Origin: Planctomycetota bacterium
GTDB lineage: Bacteria > Planctomycetota > B15-G4 > JADJEK01
Direction of reading: 5' to 3'
Assembly: GCA_044225365.1 (NCBI GenBank)
Contig: JBGAIQ010000006.1
Span: 32,001 to 96,000 of the forward strand
DNA: 64,000 bases
Of this stretch, positions 38,276 through 47,529 are shown one piece after another. The notes under the pieces were generated by a model, which was not told the DNA's origin, did no database searches, and saw only the letters and a list, made by a program, of their open reading frames with translations. The translations under genes and the position numbers were made by a program. The stretch's first letter is position 1. Each line of letters starts with the position of its first letter.

Positions 38276-39892
38276 ATGCGCCATCATCTCCAGCACCCAG
38301 CCGCATCGTTCGTCACCGTCTCCCTCCTGATCGGGGCGAGCGCTTCCGCGCAAGAGCACACGGTTCTGTGGTCGAACTCCGAGGCAGCGGCGAACGCGGG
38401 CTACGGACGGTCGGTCGTCTCGATCGGTGACATCGATGGCGATGGCTCCGACGACGTGGCCGTCGCGGCTCCGTTTCTCGCGACCGCGGCGGGCTCGGGC
38501 GTCATTCGTTTGCTCTCGGGCTCGAACGGAGCGCTGATCTCGCAGATCACTCCGCCGGGAACCGATGCGTTTGGTTTCGGCGACCGTCTCGCCGTCGCGG
38601 GAGACGTGGACGGCGACGGCGCCATCGACTTGATCACGCAGTCGTCTCCATCGAGTCCGGGTCACGACATCTGGATCTTGCGACTCGACGGTTCGCTGAT
38701 CCGAAAGCACTCGGGGAACTTCGATTTCGGCCGTCAGGTCGCAGGCGGGTACGACGTGAACGGCGACGGACGCGACGACTACGCGATCGGCAATAGCGCG
38801 GGCCCACTCCTCGAAGTCTTCGTCGGCAGTATCGAAATCCACTCGGGTGCGAGCGGTGCTCAATTGTGGAAGACGGGTTTCGGCGATCAGAATGTCGGCA
38901 ACACCGTCGACAATTGGCCCGTTCTCCTCACGGGCGACCTCAATGGCGATGGAAAGTCCGAGTTCGCGATGGGCTTCACGGGCGCGATCACGGGAGTGAT
39001 CGGTGCCGGAATGGTCCGCGTGTGGTCGGGCGCCACGGGAACGCAATTGAAACAGTTCTCCGGTCTGCTCGCGGGAAGCGATTTCGGGGGCTCGCTCGCG
39101 GATCTCGGCGACGTGAACCTCGACGGCACGAACGATTTCGGCATCGGGCAGACGAACGGCAGCCTCTCGGCGGTGGGAACCATCGTCTCCGGCAAGTCGC
39201 TCAGCGTGCTGTTCACCATCCCGAAGACCAACGCCGTCGTCGGCCCGGCGGGCGACGCCGACCATGACGGATTCCCCGACGTGGTCGTGACGCCCGTTTC
39301 CGGTTCGTCGAGCTTCCCGGCGATCCACTCGGGGAAGGATCAGAAGGTGCTCTACACCTTCACCAATGGCGTGTTCGGCTCGAAGTGGGGATTCGATCGT
39401 CTCGGAGACGTCGACGGCGACGGCTACGCGGACCTCGCCGTTGGACAGCCCATCGGACCCGGGGGAGGACTCGTCAAGGCCTACTCGGGATGCCCGTCGT
39501 CGGTGATTCCGATCGTCACCGCCTGCGCCGGCAGCGGTGGCTTCACACCGAGTCTGACCGAGAACGGCTGCTTCGATGCGAACTCGCTGGTCTCGCTCTC
39601 GCTTTCGAACGCCCTCGGCGGCGCGGCCGCGATGCTCTTCGTCGGCACCACCGCGCCTGGCGGCGGCACGGTCTCACAAGGTTGCTTCTTCCAGTGCGGT
39701 GCTCCCGCGATCCCGCTGTTCGCGACGATACTGTCCGGCAGCGGCGCAGGTCAAGGCGCGTGGTCGGCCACGTTCCCAGTGCACGCACTCACACCCACGG
39801 CGATCCGCACGCAGTTCGTAATCGCGGATCCCGCGAAAGCGAGTGGTCTCGTCGTCAGCAATTCGCTGACGATCACGATCTCCACCTACTGA
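38276..39892 (+). CDS. Secreted FG-GAP / integrin-alpha repeat beta-propeller protein with C-terminal beta domain
   Basis: Seven repeats GDIDGDG, GDVDGDG, YDVNGDG, GDLNGDG, GDVNLDG, GDADHDG, GDVDGDG; signal peptide ending ASA-Q. Confidence 0.9.
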   Translation: MRHHLQHPAASFVTVSLLIGASASAQEHTVLWSNSEAAANAGYGRSVVSIGDIDGDGSDDVAVAAPFLATAAGSGVIRLLSGSNGALISQITPPGTDAFGFGDRLAVAGDVDGDGAIDLITQSSPSSPGHDIWILRLDGSLIRKHSGNFDFGRQVAGGYDVNGDGRDDYAIGNSAGPLLEVFVGSIEIHSGASGAQLWKTGFGDQNVGNTVDNWPVLLTGDLNGDGKSEFAMGFTGAITGVIGAGMVRVWSGATGTQLKQFSGLLAGSDFGGSLADLGDVNLDGTNDFGIGQTNGSLSAVGTIVSGKSLSVLFTIPKTNAVVGPAGDADHDGFPDVVVTPVSGSSSFPAIHSGKDQKVLYTFTNGVFGSKWGFDRLGDVDGDGYADLAVGQPIGPGGGLVKAYSGCPSSVIPIVTACAGSGGFTPSLTENGCFDANSLVSLSLSNALGGAAAMLFVGTTAPGGGTVSQGCFFQCGAPAIPLFATILSGSGAGQGAWSATFPVHALTPTAIRTQFVIADPAKASGLVVSNSLTITISTY

Positions 39893-40941
39893 CGATCGCG
39901 CGCGAGCCCCGTGACGATTCGCTTCACGAGGCCGGGCCCCTCGTAGACGAGCGCCGAATAGAGCTGGAGCAGCGTCGCGCCGGCGTCGAGCTTCGCCTTG
40001 GCGGTGTCGACGTCGCGGATCCCGCCCACGCCGATGATCGGTAGCTTGCCGTTCGTGCGTTTGGCGAGGTGCGCGATCACCTCCGTCGCCCGCTTCTCGA
40101 GCGGCGCGCCGGAGAGTCCGCCTGTCTCGGAGTACACCGTGCGGCACTGCGCGTCCTTGGTCTCTGGCCGGGCGATGGTCGTGTTCGTCGCCACGATGCC
40201 GGCGAGCCGTCGCGGTTCGACGAGTTCGAGGATCTCGTCGAGCGCGTCAAACGAGAGGTCCGGCGCCACCTTCACGAGGATCGGACGCGGCTTCTCGCGG
40301 CGGCCGTTGATCGCTTGGATCGCTTCGAGGATCGAGTCGAGCGCGGCACGGTCCTGGAGTTGTCGCAGGTTCGGCGTGTTCGGCGAGCTCACGTTGACGA
40401 CGAAGAAGTCGGCATGGTCGGCGAGCGCGGCGAAGCTCTGCGAGTAATCGCTCGCGGCTTCTTCGAGCGGCGTAATCTTGCTCTTTCCGAGGTTGACGCC
40501 CACCGGATGGTCCGGCCACATTCCGCACTCTCGCCACGCGCGAAGCGTCCTGGCGAGAGCGGGTGCACCGCCATTGTTGAAACCCATCCGATTCACGATC
40601 GCACGATCCGCGATCGCCCGGAACATGCGCGGCTTGGGATTGCCGTCCTGCGCGTGCCACGTGACTCCGCCCACCTCGCAGAATCCGAACCCGAGCGCCG
40701 CCCACGCCGGCAGCGCGATGGCGCGCTTGTCGAGCCCCGCCGCCACTCCGACGCGGTTCGAGAACCGCAGCCCCATCGCTTCGACTGGATTCGAGTCCAC
40801 CCCATGCAGGGCACGAACGAGGGCGAGCACGCTCGCGTGCCGCGCCGCGAACGCGAGACTCGCGAGCGCGAAGTCATGCGCACGTTCGCAATCCTGCATG
40901 AACAGCAGGGGCCGGAGGAGCGAGCGGTAGAAGAAGCCCAT
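39886..40941 (-). CDS. pyrD: Quinone-dependent dihydroorotate dehydrogenase (class 2)
   Basis: AAGLDK, QDGNPKPRMFR, NRMGFNN, NVSSPNTP, LVKVAPD, ATNTT, GGLSG, IGVGGI. Confidence 0.95.
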   Translation of the reverse strand: MGFFYRSLLRPLLFMQDCERAHDFALASLAFAARHASVLALVRALHGVDSNPVEAMGLRFSNRVGVAAGLDKRAIALPAWAALGFGFCEVGGVTWHAQDGNPKPRMFRAIADRAIVNRMGFNNGGAPALARTLRAWRECGMWPDHPVGVNLGKSKITPLEEAASDYSQSFAALADHADFFVVNVSSPNTPNLRQLQDRAALDSILEAIQAINGRREKPRPILVKVAPDLSFDALDEILELVEPRRLAGIVATNTTIARPETKDAQCRTVYSETGGLSGAPLEKRATEVIAHLAKRTNGKLPIIGVGGIRDVDTAKAKLDAGATLLQLYSALVYEGPGLVKRIVTGLARDRQ

Positions 40942-41010
40942 TGGAGTCCTTCTACAAAACTGCGCCGGGGCGCGTCGAGGCGAAGTCGTTGGCGCGTACG
41001 ATGCATGCCG

Positions 41011-41523
41011 ATGGATTCGAAGAAACGCACACGCAAGCCCGGCAACGGAGCGAGCGAGCGCAAAGCGCTCGAGCGGCACGTCGTCGAGGTCCAACGCACG
41101 ATCCGCTCCTGCGCGGGGTGCGGACTGTGTTGCACCGAGGCGTTCAACGCCGTTCAGATCCTTCCGATCGAGGCCGATCGGATCGCGAACCACCTGTTGG
41201 GCGAAGGTCCCGCGTCCGTCGCGAAGTGGGAGAAGCGCCTCGCCAGGACGGTGAAGAAGTACGGCCTCACCGACCATGCGAAGCCGCGCAAGTACACCTG
41301 TGCGTTCTTCGAGGCCGACTTCCGCTGCGCACTCCCGATCGACGTGAAGCCGATCGCCTGCCTCTCGTTCAATCCGATCCATGAGGACGCCTGCGACCAG
41401 GAGCCCGACTGGTACCACCGCGCGCACGCTGCCGTAGAGCAGTCGAATTCGGAGTCCCAACTCCGCAACGAGCTGCGCGCGATCCCGATCGCCGTCCAGG
41501 ACTCGTTGAAGCGCTCGCGCTGA
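41011..41523 (+). CDS. YkgJ-family cysteine cluster protein (CxxCxxCC)
   Basis: CAGCGLCC, CAFF, CAL, KPIAC. Start 41005 or 41011. Confidence 0.82.
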   Translation: MDSKKRTRKPGNGASERKALERHVVEVQRTIRSCAGCGLCCTEAFNAVQILPIEADRIANHLLGEGPASVAKWEKRLARTVKKYGLTDHAKPRKYTCAFFEADFRCALPIDVKPIACLSFNPIHEDACDQEPDWYHRAHAAVEQSNSESQLRNELRAIPIAVQDSLKRSR

Positions 41524-41598
41524 TCCCGGCGTATACTCCGCCACCCCACCCGACTCGAATCCTCGAGTCCAGAATCCCCGTCCCATCGCGGATCCGTC

Positions 41599-43221
41599 AT
41601 GCGCTACGCCATTCTCCTCTTCTCCCTCTTCTTGTCACCCGTTGCACATGGACAGATGATCTCGATCCTCCTGAAGGATCCGAAGCTCGAGAAGAACTAC
41701 GCGAAGTACCTGACGAAGATCGGCGCGACCAACTGCATCCTGGGCGAGATCAAGTCCGGCATCAAGTTCGAGAACGGGGTCGTCACGTACACGCAAGGCA
41801 AGGACCCGCTCAACGAGATCTGGGTCGGGGATTCCTCGGATCCGGGCACGCCGCCCTACGTCATCGATCCCAAGACGATGGGCAAGGAGAAGAACAAGAA
41901 GTCGAAGCTGGGTTACCTCGCGATGCCGGGCGACGACATCCTCGCGGTGAAGATGCTCGACCGCTATCGCACTCTGCCCGGAATCGCCGCCGATTACCAA
42001 CGCGCGATGGACGACATCCAGGCGTTGCAGAAGGAGCGCGACACGAAGCAGAAGACCGAGCGTGCGTGGTTCGATCTCCACGGCCGCATGCTCGGCAAGA
42101 TGGACCAACTCGTGATCTGGCTCGGCAATCTCGGCTACGGAGTGCGCGCGAAGGAGATCCAGAAGGACATCGAGAAGCAGAGGAAATCGGTCGGCAAGGC
42201 CGCGGAGAACGAGCGCGAGAAAGCGGCCATCGCTTCGATCAAGGTGTTTCCCGCACCGCAGAAGCTCGTCGACGCCGCGAACAAGGCCGGAGCGGGCAAG
42301 TACAAGTGGATGGTCGCCGAGAGCAAGCACGTTCGCTTCACGTACATCAACAGCATCGGCGACAACGACGTGACCGCGGCGCTCGAACTCGCCGAACACG
42401 TCATCAATGGATTCCTGCGCGAAGCCGTCGACCCGTACATCGACGACCAGTTCTCGAACTTCATCCCCGACGGTCTGTTCCACGAGTTCTATTACGGACC
42501 CGATGACGCCGGCATCCACGAGAAGATGCTCGTCGAGTACTACGGCCTCTCGTGGGGACGCAACAAGACCGACGAACTCAAGGCCGAAGGCGCCGATTAC
42601 TATCAAAAGGACGCGCCCTGGTATCTCAGCTACCGCAAGGTCGTGAAGGAGATCGACCTCCCCGGGTACACCGTCCACGAGATCGGTCATTCGCTCATGG
42701 ATCTTCATTACAACAAGGGAGGTCGCAACGACACGCAGGATTGGTTGCGCGAGGCCGTCGGTTACTACCTCTCCCTCAACTATCTCGGCCGCAACGGACT
42801 CGTCTGCTTCTCCACGAGCGAGGAGAACTACGCCAAGATGAAGCAGGAGTCGGGCATCAAGACCGCACAGAACGGCATCGGCGACGTGATGAATCAGATC
42901 GCCGTGAAGCTCGGACCCGCAATCGACACGCTCGCCGTGAAGCGGCTCTGGCAGATCAACGACGCCGATTTCGCGAAGGCCTGGAGCTTCTACGACTACC
43001 TGATGCGCAAGCGCGGCAAGGCGGCGCAGATCTGGTTGCGCGACACATGTGCGGTCGCGAGCGATCCCAAGGCCAGTCTCGCGCGCGACTGGCGCAAGCC
43101 CACCGAAGTCCTCGAGCCCGTCCCCGCCGGCCAGGATGTCTTCCAGTCGCTCGAGAAGTCCTGGAAGAAGTTTGCGGAGAAGGAACAGACCGCACTCGTT
43201 CCGCCGCCGAAGAAGCAGTAG
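41599..43221 (+). CDS. Secreted hypothetical protein with gluzincin-like HExxH...E motif
   Basis: Signal peptide; VHEIGH followed by WLREA about 20 aa later; strong coding bias. Confidence 0.75.
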   Translation: MRYAILLFSLFLSPVAHGQMISILLKDPKLEKNYAKYLTKIGATNCILGEIKSGIKFENGVVTYTQGKDPLNEIWVGDSSDPGTPPYVIDPKTMGKEKNKKSKLGYLAMPGDDILAVKMLDRYRTLPGIAADYQRAMDDIQALQKERDTKQKTERAWFDLHGRMLGKMDQLVIWLGNLGYGVRAKEIQKDIEKQRKSVGKAAENEREKAAIASIKVFPAPQKLVDAANKAGAGKYKWMVAESKHVRFTYINSIGDNDVTAALELAEHVINGFLREAVDPYIDDQFSNFIPDGLFHEFYYGPDDAGIHEKMLVEYYGLSWGRNKTDELKAEGADYYQKDAPWYLSYRKVVKEIDLPGYTVHEIGHSLMDLHYNKGGRNDTQDWLREAVGYYLSLNYLGRNGLVCFSTSEENYAKMKQESGIKTAQNGIGDVMNQIAVKLGPAIDTLAVKRLWQINDADFAKAWSFYDYLMRKRGKAAQIWLRDTCAVASDPKASLARDWRKPTEVLEPVPAGQDVFQSLEKSWKKFAEKEQTALVPPPKKQ

Positions 43222-43297
43222 CGAATTTCGCGTTGTGCGCGCCGGTGAGGCGGGAGAGAATCGCGCTTCCCCACTTCTCTTCCGAAGCGACTCCGCC

Positions 43298-46132
43298 ATG
43301 GCCCGACGCGGAATCATCGTCACTTCGCTCGCGATCTCGTGCGCCCTTCCGCTCGCGACCGGTAGTCGCTGTGATGCCGCGCCGACGACGGACGCGCCCG
43401 CCAACGCGGAGGGATCCAAGAAGACTCACTGGTCGTACGCGCCGCTGCAGAAACCAGCGATTCCGGTGGTTGCGCATTCGGCTCGCGTGCGGGATCCGAT
43501 CGACGCCTTCGTGCTCGCGCCGCTCGAGGCGAAGCACATCGAGCCATCGCCCGAAGCGGACCAAAGGACGCTCCTGCGGCGCGTCTACCTCGATCTCCTG
43601 GGGCTTCCGCCGTCCGACGACGACGTCGAGCACTTCGTCGCCGACACCGCGCCCGACGCGTACGAACGCGTCGTCGATCGCCTCCTCGCCTCCCCTCGAT
43701 ATGGCGAGCGCATGGCCGTCGCGTGGCTCGATCTCGCACGGTACGCCGACACGGTGGGCTACCACGGCGATCAGAATCTCCACGCCTATCCGTATCGCGA
43801 CTGGGTGATCGACGCGTTCAACGCGGATCTGCCGTTCGACGAGTTCACCATCGAACAACTCGCGGGCGATCTTTTGCCGAATCCGACGCCATCGCAGCTC
43901 GTCGCGACGGGTTTCAACCGGCTCAACATGGTCACGCGCGAAGGCGGTGCGCAGGAGAACGAGTACCTCGCGAAGTACGCCGCGGACCGCGTCCGCACGG
44001 TCTCCACGACCTTCCTCGGCTCGACGATGGGTTGCTGCGAGTGTCACGACCACAAGTACGACCCGTTCACGATGAAGGACTTCTACAGCCTCGCCGCGTT
44101 CTTCGCGGACGTGAAGCAATGGGGCGTCTACACGACCTACGCCTACACGCCGAACCCCGACCTCGAGGGATTCTCGAACGATCATCCGTTCCCGCCCGAG
44201 GCCAAGGTCGAAGTGCCTTTCCTGCAGCAGAAGATCGCCGAGGCCAAGGCACGGATCGACGAATCGACGGCGGGAGCAGCGGACGATGGCGATGGCTTCG
44301 CCCGCTTCTGCGAAAGTGCGCGCGCCTTCCTCACGATCGAACCGGACGGGTTCGAGACGTGCAAGCCGGAGATCCTCGCGCCCGAAGGTTGCTCGCTTGG
44401 CGCCGACTCCAGAGTGATCTTCCCGACCGAGGCTCCACAAAAGTCACGGCTCGCTCTCTCGCCGAACGAGCGCCGCGTCGCGGCCGTGAAGATCGAGATC
44501 GTTCGCGACGCGGCGCATCACGACGAACTGTTTCGCAAGAACGCCGACGGCGAGTTCCTGAGGATCGCCCTTCAGCGACGCGCGGTCGACGAGGAGAAGC
44601 CGACGCCCGTTCCGATTCGTCGAGGCGAAGGTACCCCATTGCGTCCTCGCTACTCCAACGGCGACGAGATCCGAGGCGTCACGGGCGGCTGGTGGGTGTT
44701 CGCGGCCGACGCAAAGGAGAAGACTCCGACCGCCACGTACTTGCTCGCGACGCCGATCGAACTTCTCGCCGGTGAGTCTCTCGTCGTCGAGCTCGACGGA
44801 AATCTCGCGGGTGCGCTGCGAATCTCCACGTCGCCCTTCGCGACGCCGCTCTTTACCGCCGACCCTACCGATCCCGTCGAACGCGCTTCGTTCGAGCGCC
44901 TGCTCGCATCCGTTCGCTCGTCCGATCCCGTGTGCGATCCATTCGTGCGTGCGACGTATGCACGCAGCGACCCCAAAGCGAACGCCCACGATGCGGTCGT
45001 CGCTCTCGACGAGTCGATTCGCCGACTGGACGGTGGGATCGCGCCCACGGTGATCACGCAAGCACGCGAGCCACGCATCACTCGAGTCCTGCCGCGGGGC
45101 AATTGGCAGAACGAGAGCGGCGAGGTCGTGCTGCCCGCAACGCCCCACTTCCTCCCCGGCGCGACGACGAAGGCGGATGGGAACCGACTGACGCGCCTCG
45201 ATCTCGCCCGCTGGATCGTCGCGCCGGAGAATCCCCTCACCGCGCGCACGTTCGCGAATCGGCTGTGGAAGCAGTTCTTCGGCGTCGGTCTCTCGTCCGT
45301 CGTCGACGACCTCGGGCTCCAGGGCGAAGTGCCTTCCCATCCGCAGCTCCTCGACTGGCTCGCAGTCACGTTTCGCGAGGAACACTGGAGCGTGAAGTCG
45401 CTCGTGCGACACATCGTGCTGTCGTCGACCTATCGCCAGAGTTCGAACACGCGCGACGATCTGCGTGAGGTCGATCCGCAGAATCGGTGGCTCGCGGCGC
45501 AGTCCCCGCGACGCCTCGATGCCGAGTTCGTGCGCGACAATGCACTCTGCATCTCCGGACTCCTGAATCTCGATCGCGGCGGACCGCCCGTGAAGCCGTA
45601 CCAACCGCAGAAGCTCTACGAGCACCTGCAATTCCCCGATCGCGACTACGCGCCCGATCAGGACGATCGGCAATGGCGTCGCGGGGTGTACATGCATTGG
45701 CAGCGCACGTTCCTACATCCGATGCTCGCGAACTTCGACGCGCCGTCGCGCGAGGAGTGCACGGCCTCGCGCGTGGTCGCCAATACACCTCAGCAGGCGC
45801 TGACGCTGCTCAACGACCCCACGTTCGTCGAGGCGGCGCGATCGTTCGCCGTTCGCTTGTTGCTCGCCCATGGGAAGAGCGACGCCGATCGACTCGCACT
45901 CGCCTTTCACCTCGCGTTCGCGCGACCACCTTCGGCGGCCGAGTCCGATTCACTGCTCGCGTTCCTCGCGGCGCAGCGCGCGCGCATCCTCGCCGACGAT
46001 TCGGGTGTCGACGCTCTGCTGCACGTCGGCATCGCGAAGTTTCCTAACGAAGTCGAGCGCAAAGAGCTTGCCGCATGGACGCTCCTCACTCGTGTCCTCC
46101 TGAACCTCCACGAATGCATCACTCGCTACTGA
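43298..46132 (+). CDS. DUF1549 + DUF1553 protein lacking the N-terminal cytochrome domain
   Basis: HWSY, DPIDAFV, YGERMA..WLDLARYADT, CCECHDHK, NPLTARTFANR, NTPQQALTLLND. Confidence 0.92.
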   Translation: MARRGIIVTSLAISCALPLATGSRCDAAPTTDAPANAEGSKKTHWSYAPLQKPAIPVVAHSARVRDPIDAFVLAPLEAKHIEPSPEADQRTLLRRVYLDLLGLPPSDDDVEHFVADTAPDAYERVVDRLLASPRYGERMAVAWLDLARYADTVGYHGDQNLHAYPYRDWVIDAFNADLPFDEFTIEQLAGDLLPNPTPSQLVATGFNRLNMVTREGGAQENEYLAKYAADRVRTVSTTFLGSTMGCCECHDHKYDPFTMKDFYSLAAFFADVKQWGVYTTYAYTPNPDLEGFSNDHPFPPEAKVEVPFLQQKIAEAKARIDESTAGAADDGDGFARFCESARAFLTIEPDGFETCKPEILAPEGCSLGADSRVIFPTEAPQKSRLALSPNERRVAAVKIEIVRDAAHHDELFRKNADGEFLRIALQRRAVDEEKPTPVPIRRGEGTPLRPRYSNGDEIRGVTGGWWVFAADAKEKTPTATYLLATPIELLAGESLVVELDGNLAGALRISTSPFATPLFTADPTDPVERASFERLLASVRSSDPVCDPFVRATYARSDPKANAHDAVVALDESIRRLDGGIAPTVITQAREPRITRVLPRGNWQNESGEVVLPATPHFLPGATTKADGNRLTRLDLARWIVAPENPLTARTFANRLWKQFFGVGLSSVVDDLGLQGEVPSHPQLLDWLAVTFREEHWSVKSLVRHIVLSSTYRQSSNTRDDLREVDPQNRWLAAQSPRRLDAEFVRDNALCISGLLNLDRGGPPVKPYQPQKLYEHLQFPDRDYAPDQDDRQWRRGVYMHWQRTFLHPMLANFDAPSREECTASRVVANTPQQALTLLNDPTFVEAARSFAVRLLLAHGKSDADRLALAFHLAFARPPSAAESDSLLAFLAAQRARILADDSGVDALLHVGIAKFPNEVERKELAAWTLLTRVLLNLHECITRY

Positions 46133-46140
46133 ACTCGTCG

Positions 46141-47523
46141 ATGCACGGCACCATCGCTCGCCGCACGTTCCTGAAGGGATGTGGGACCGGCTACGCCGCG
46201 CTCCTCGCGTTGCTCTTCGATCGCGCCGCGAAAGGAGCGCTTCCTGCGGCGCACGATCGTCCGCGTGCGAAGCGCGTCATCCACCTGTGCATGGCGGGCG
46301 GACCCTCGCACCTCGAGAGCTTCGATTGGAAGCCGGAGCTGGCGCGCATCGCCGGGCAACCGTTTCCCGATTCGTTCACCAAGGGCCAGCAGCTCGCTCA
46401 GCTCCAGAACACGAAGCTCATCGCTCGCGGCCCGAGCGCGAAGTTCCGAAGGTACGGCGCGAGCGGCCTGTCGATCTCCGAGTGGTTCCCGAATCTCGGC
46501 AGCATCGCGGACGATCTCTGCATCGTTCGTTCCATGAAGACCGAGCAGATCAATCACGATCCGGCGCATGCCTTCATGAACTCGGGATCGATCGTGAAGG
46601 GTCGCCCGAGCATGGGGTCGTGGCTGCTCTACGGCCTCGGCGCCGAGACGAGCGATCTACCCGGATTCATCGTGCTCACGTCGACGAGTCGCGCGGGCGG
46701 CGCGCAACCGATCTCCGCGCGACAATGGTCGTCCGGTTTCCTTCCGAGTCGATATCAGGGCGTGGCGCTGCGCAGCAAGGGCGATGCGGTTCACTACGTC
46801 TCGAATCCGCCCGGCATCGATGCCGCGACGCAGGACGCTTCGGTCGACGAGATCGTGAAGCTCGATGCGATGCTATCGAACGAACGTCACGACCCGGAGA
46901 TCGAGACGCGCATCGCGCAATACGAGCTCGCATTCCGCATGCAGTCCTCGGTGCCCGAACTCACCGACATGAAGCAGGAGCCGGAGTCGATCCTCGATCT
47001 CTACGGAGTGAAGACTCCCGGCGATGGGACCTACGCTTCGAACTGCCTGCTCGCGCGAAGGCTCGCGGAGCGCGGCGTGCGCTTCATCCAGCTCTACCAT
47101 CGCGCGTGGGATCATCACGACGATCTCGATCACGCGATGCCGATCGCGGCGAGCGACGTCGACAAGGCCACGTGCGGACTGATCACGGACTTGAAGCGCC
47201 GCGGCATGCTCGACGACACGCTCATCCTGTTCGGCGGGGAATTCGGACGAACTCCCATGGGACAAGGATCGGGTCGCGATCATCACATCCTCGGATTCTC
47301 GATGATGCTCGCGGGCGGCGGCGTGAAGGGTGGACACACCCACGGCGAGACCGACGAACTCGGCTACCGCGCCGTGAAGGACGTGGTCGACGTCCACGAC
47401 CTCCACGCCACCATGCTCCATCTCTGCGGCATCGATCACCTGAAGCTGACCCATCGCTTCCAAGGCCGCGATTTCCGACTGACCGACGTGTCGGGCAAGG
47501 TCGTCGAAGCGATCCTGGCGTGA
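46141..47523 (+). CDS. DUF1501 domain protein (Tat-exported)
   Basis: ARRTFLK; AKRVIHLCMAGGPSHLESFD, NCLLARRLAERGVRF, WDHH, GEFGRTP, GRDHH. Confidence 0.92.
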   Translation: MHGTIARRTFLKGCGTGYAALLALLFDRAAKGALPAAHDRPRAKRVIHLCMAGGPSHLESFDWKPELARIAGQPFPDSFTKGQQLAQLQNTKLIARGPSAKFRRYGASGLSISEWFPNLGSIADDLCIVRSMKTEQINHDPAHAFMNSGSIVKGRPSMGSWLLYGLGAETSDLPGFIVLTSTSRAGGAQPISARQWSSGFLPSRYQGVALRSKGDAVHYVSNPPGIDAATQDASVDEIVKLDAMLSNERHDPEIETRIAQYELAFRMQSSVPELTDMKQEPESILDLYGVKTPGDGTYASNCLLARRLAERGVRFIQLYHRAWDHHDDLDHAMPIAASDVDKATCGLITDLKRRGMLDDTLILFGGEFGRTPMGQGSGRDHHILGFSMMLAGGGVKGGHTHGETDELGYRAVKDVVDVHDLHATMLHLCGIDHLKLTHRFQGRDFRLTDVSGKVVEAILA

Positions 47524-47529
47524 CGCCGC

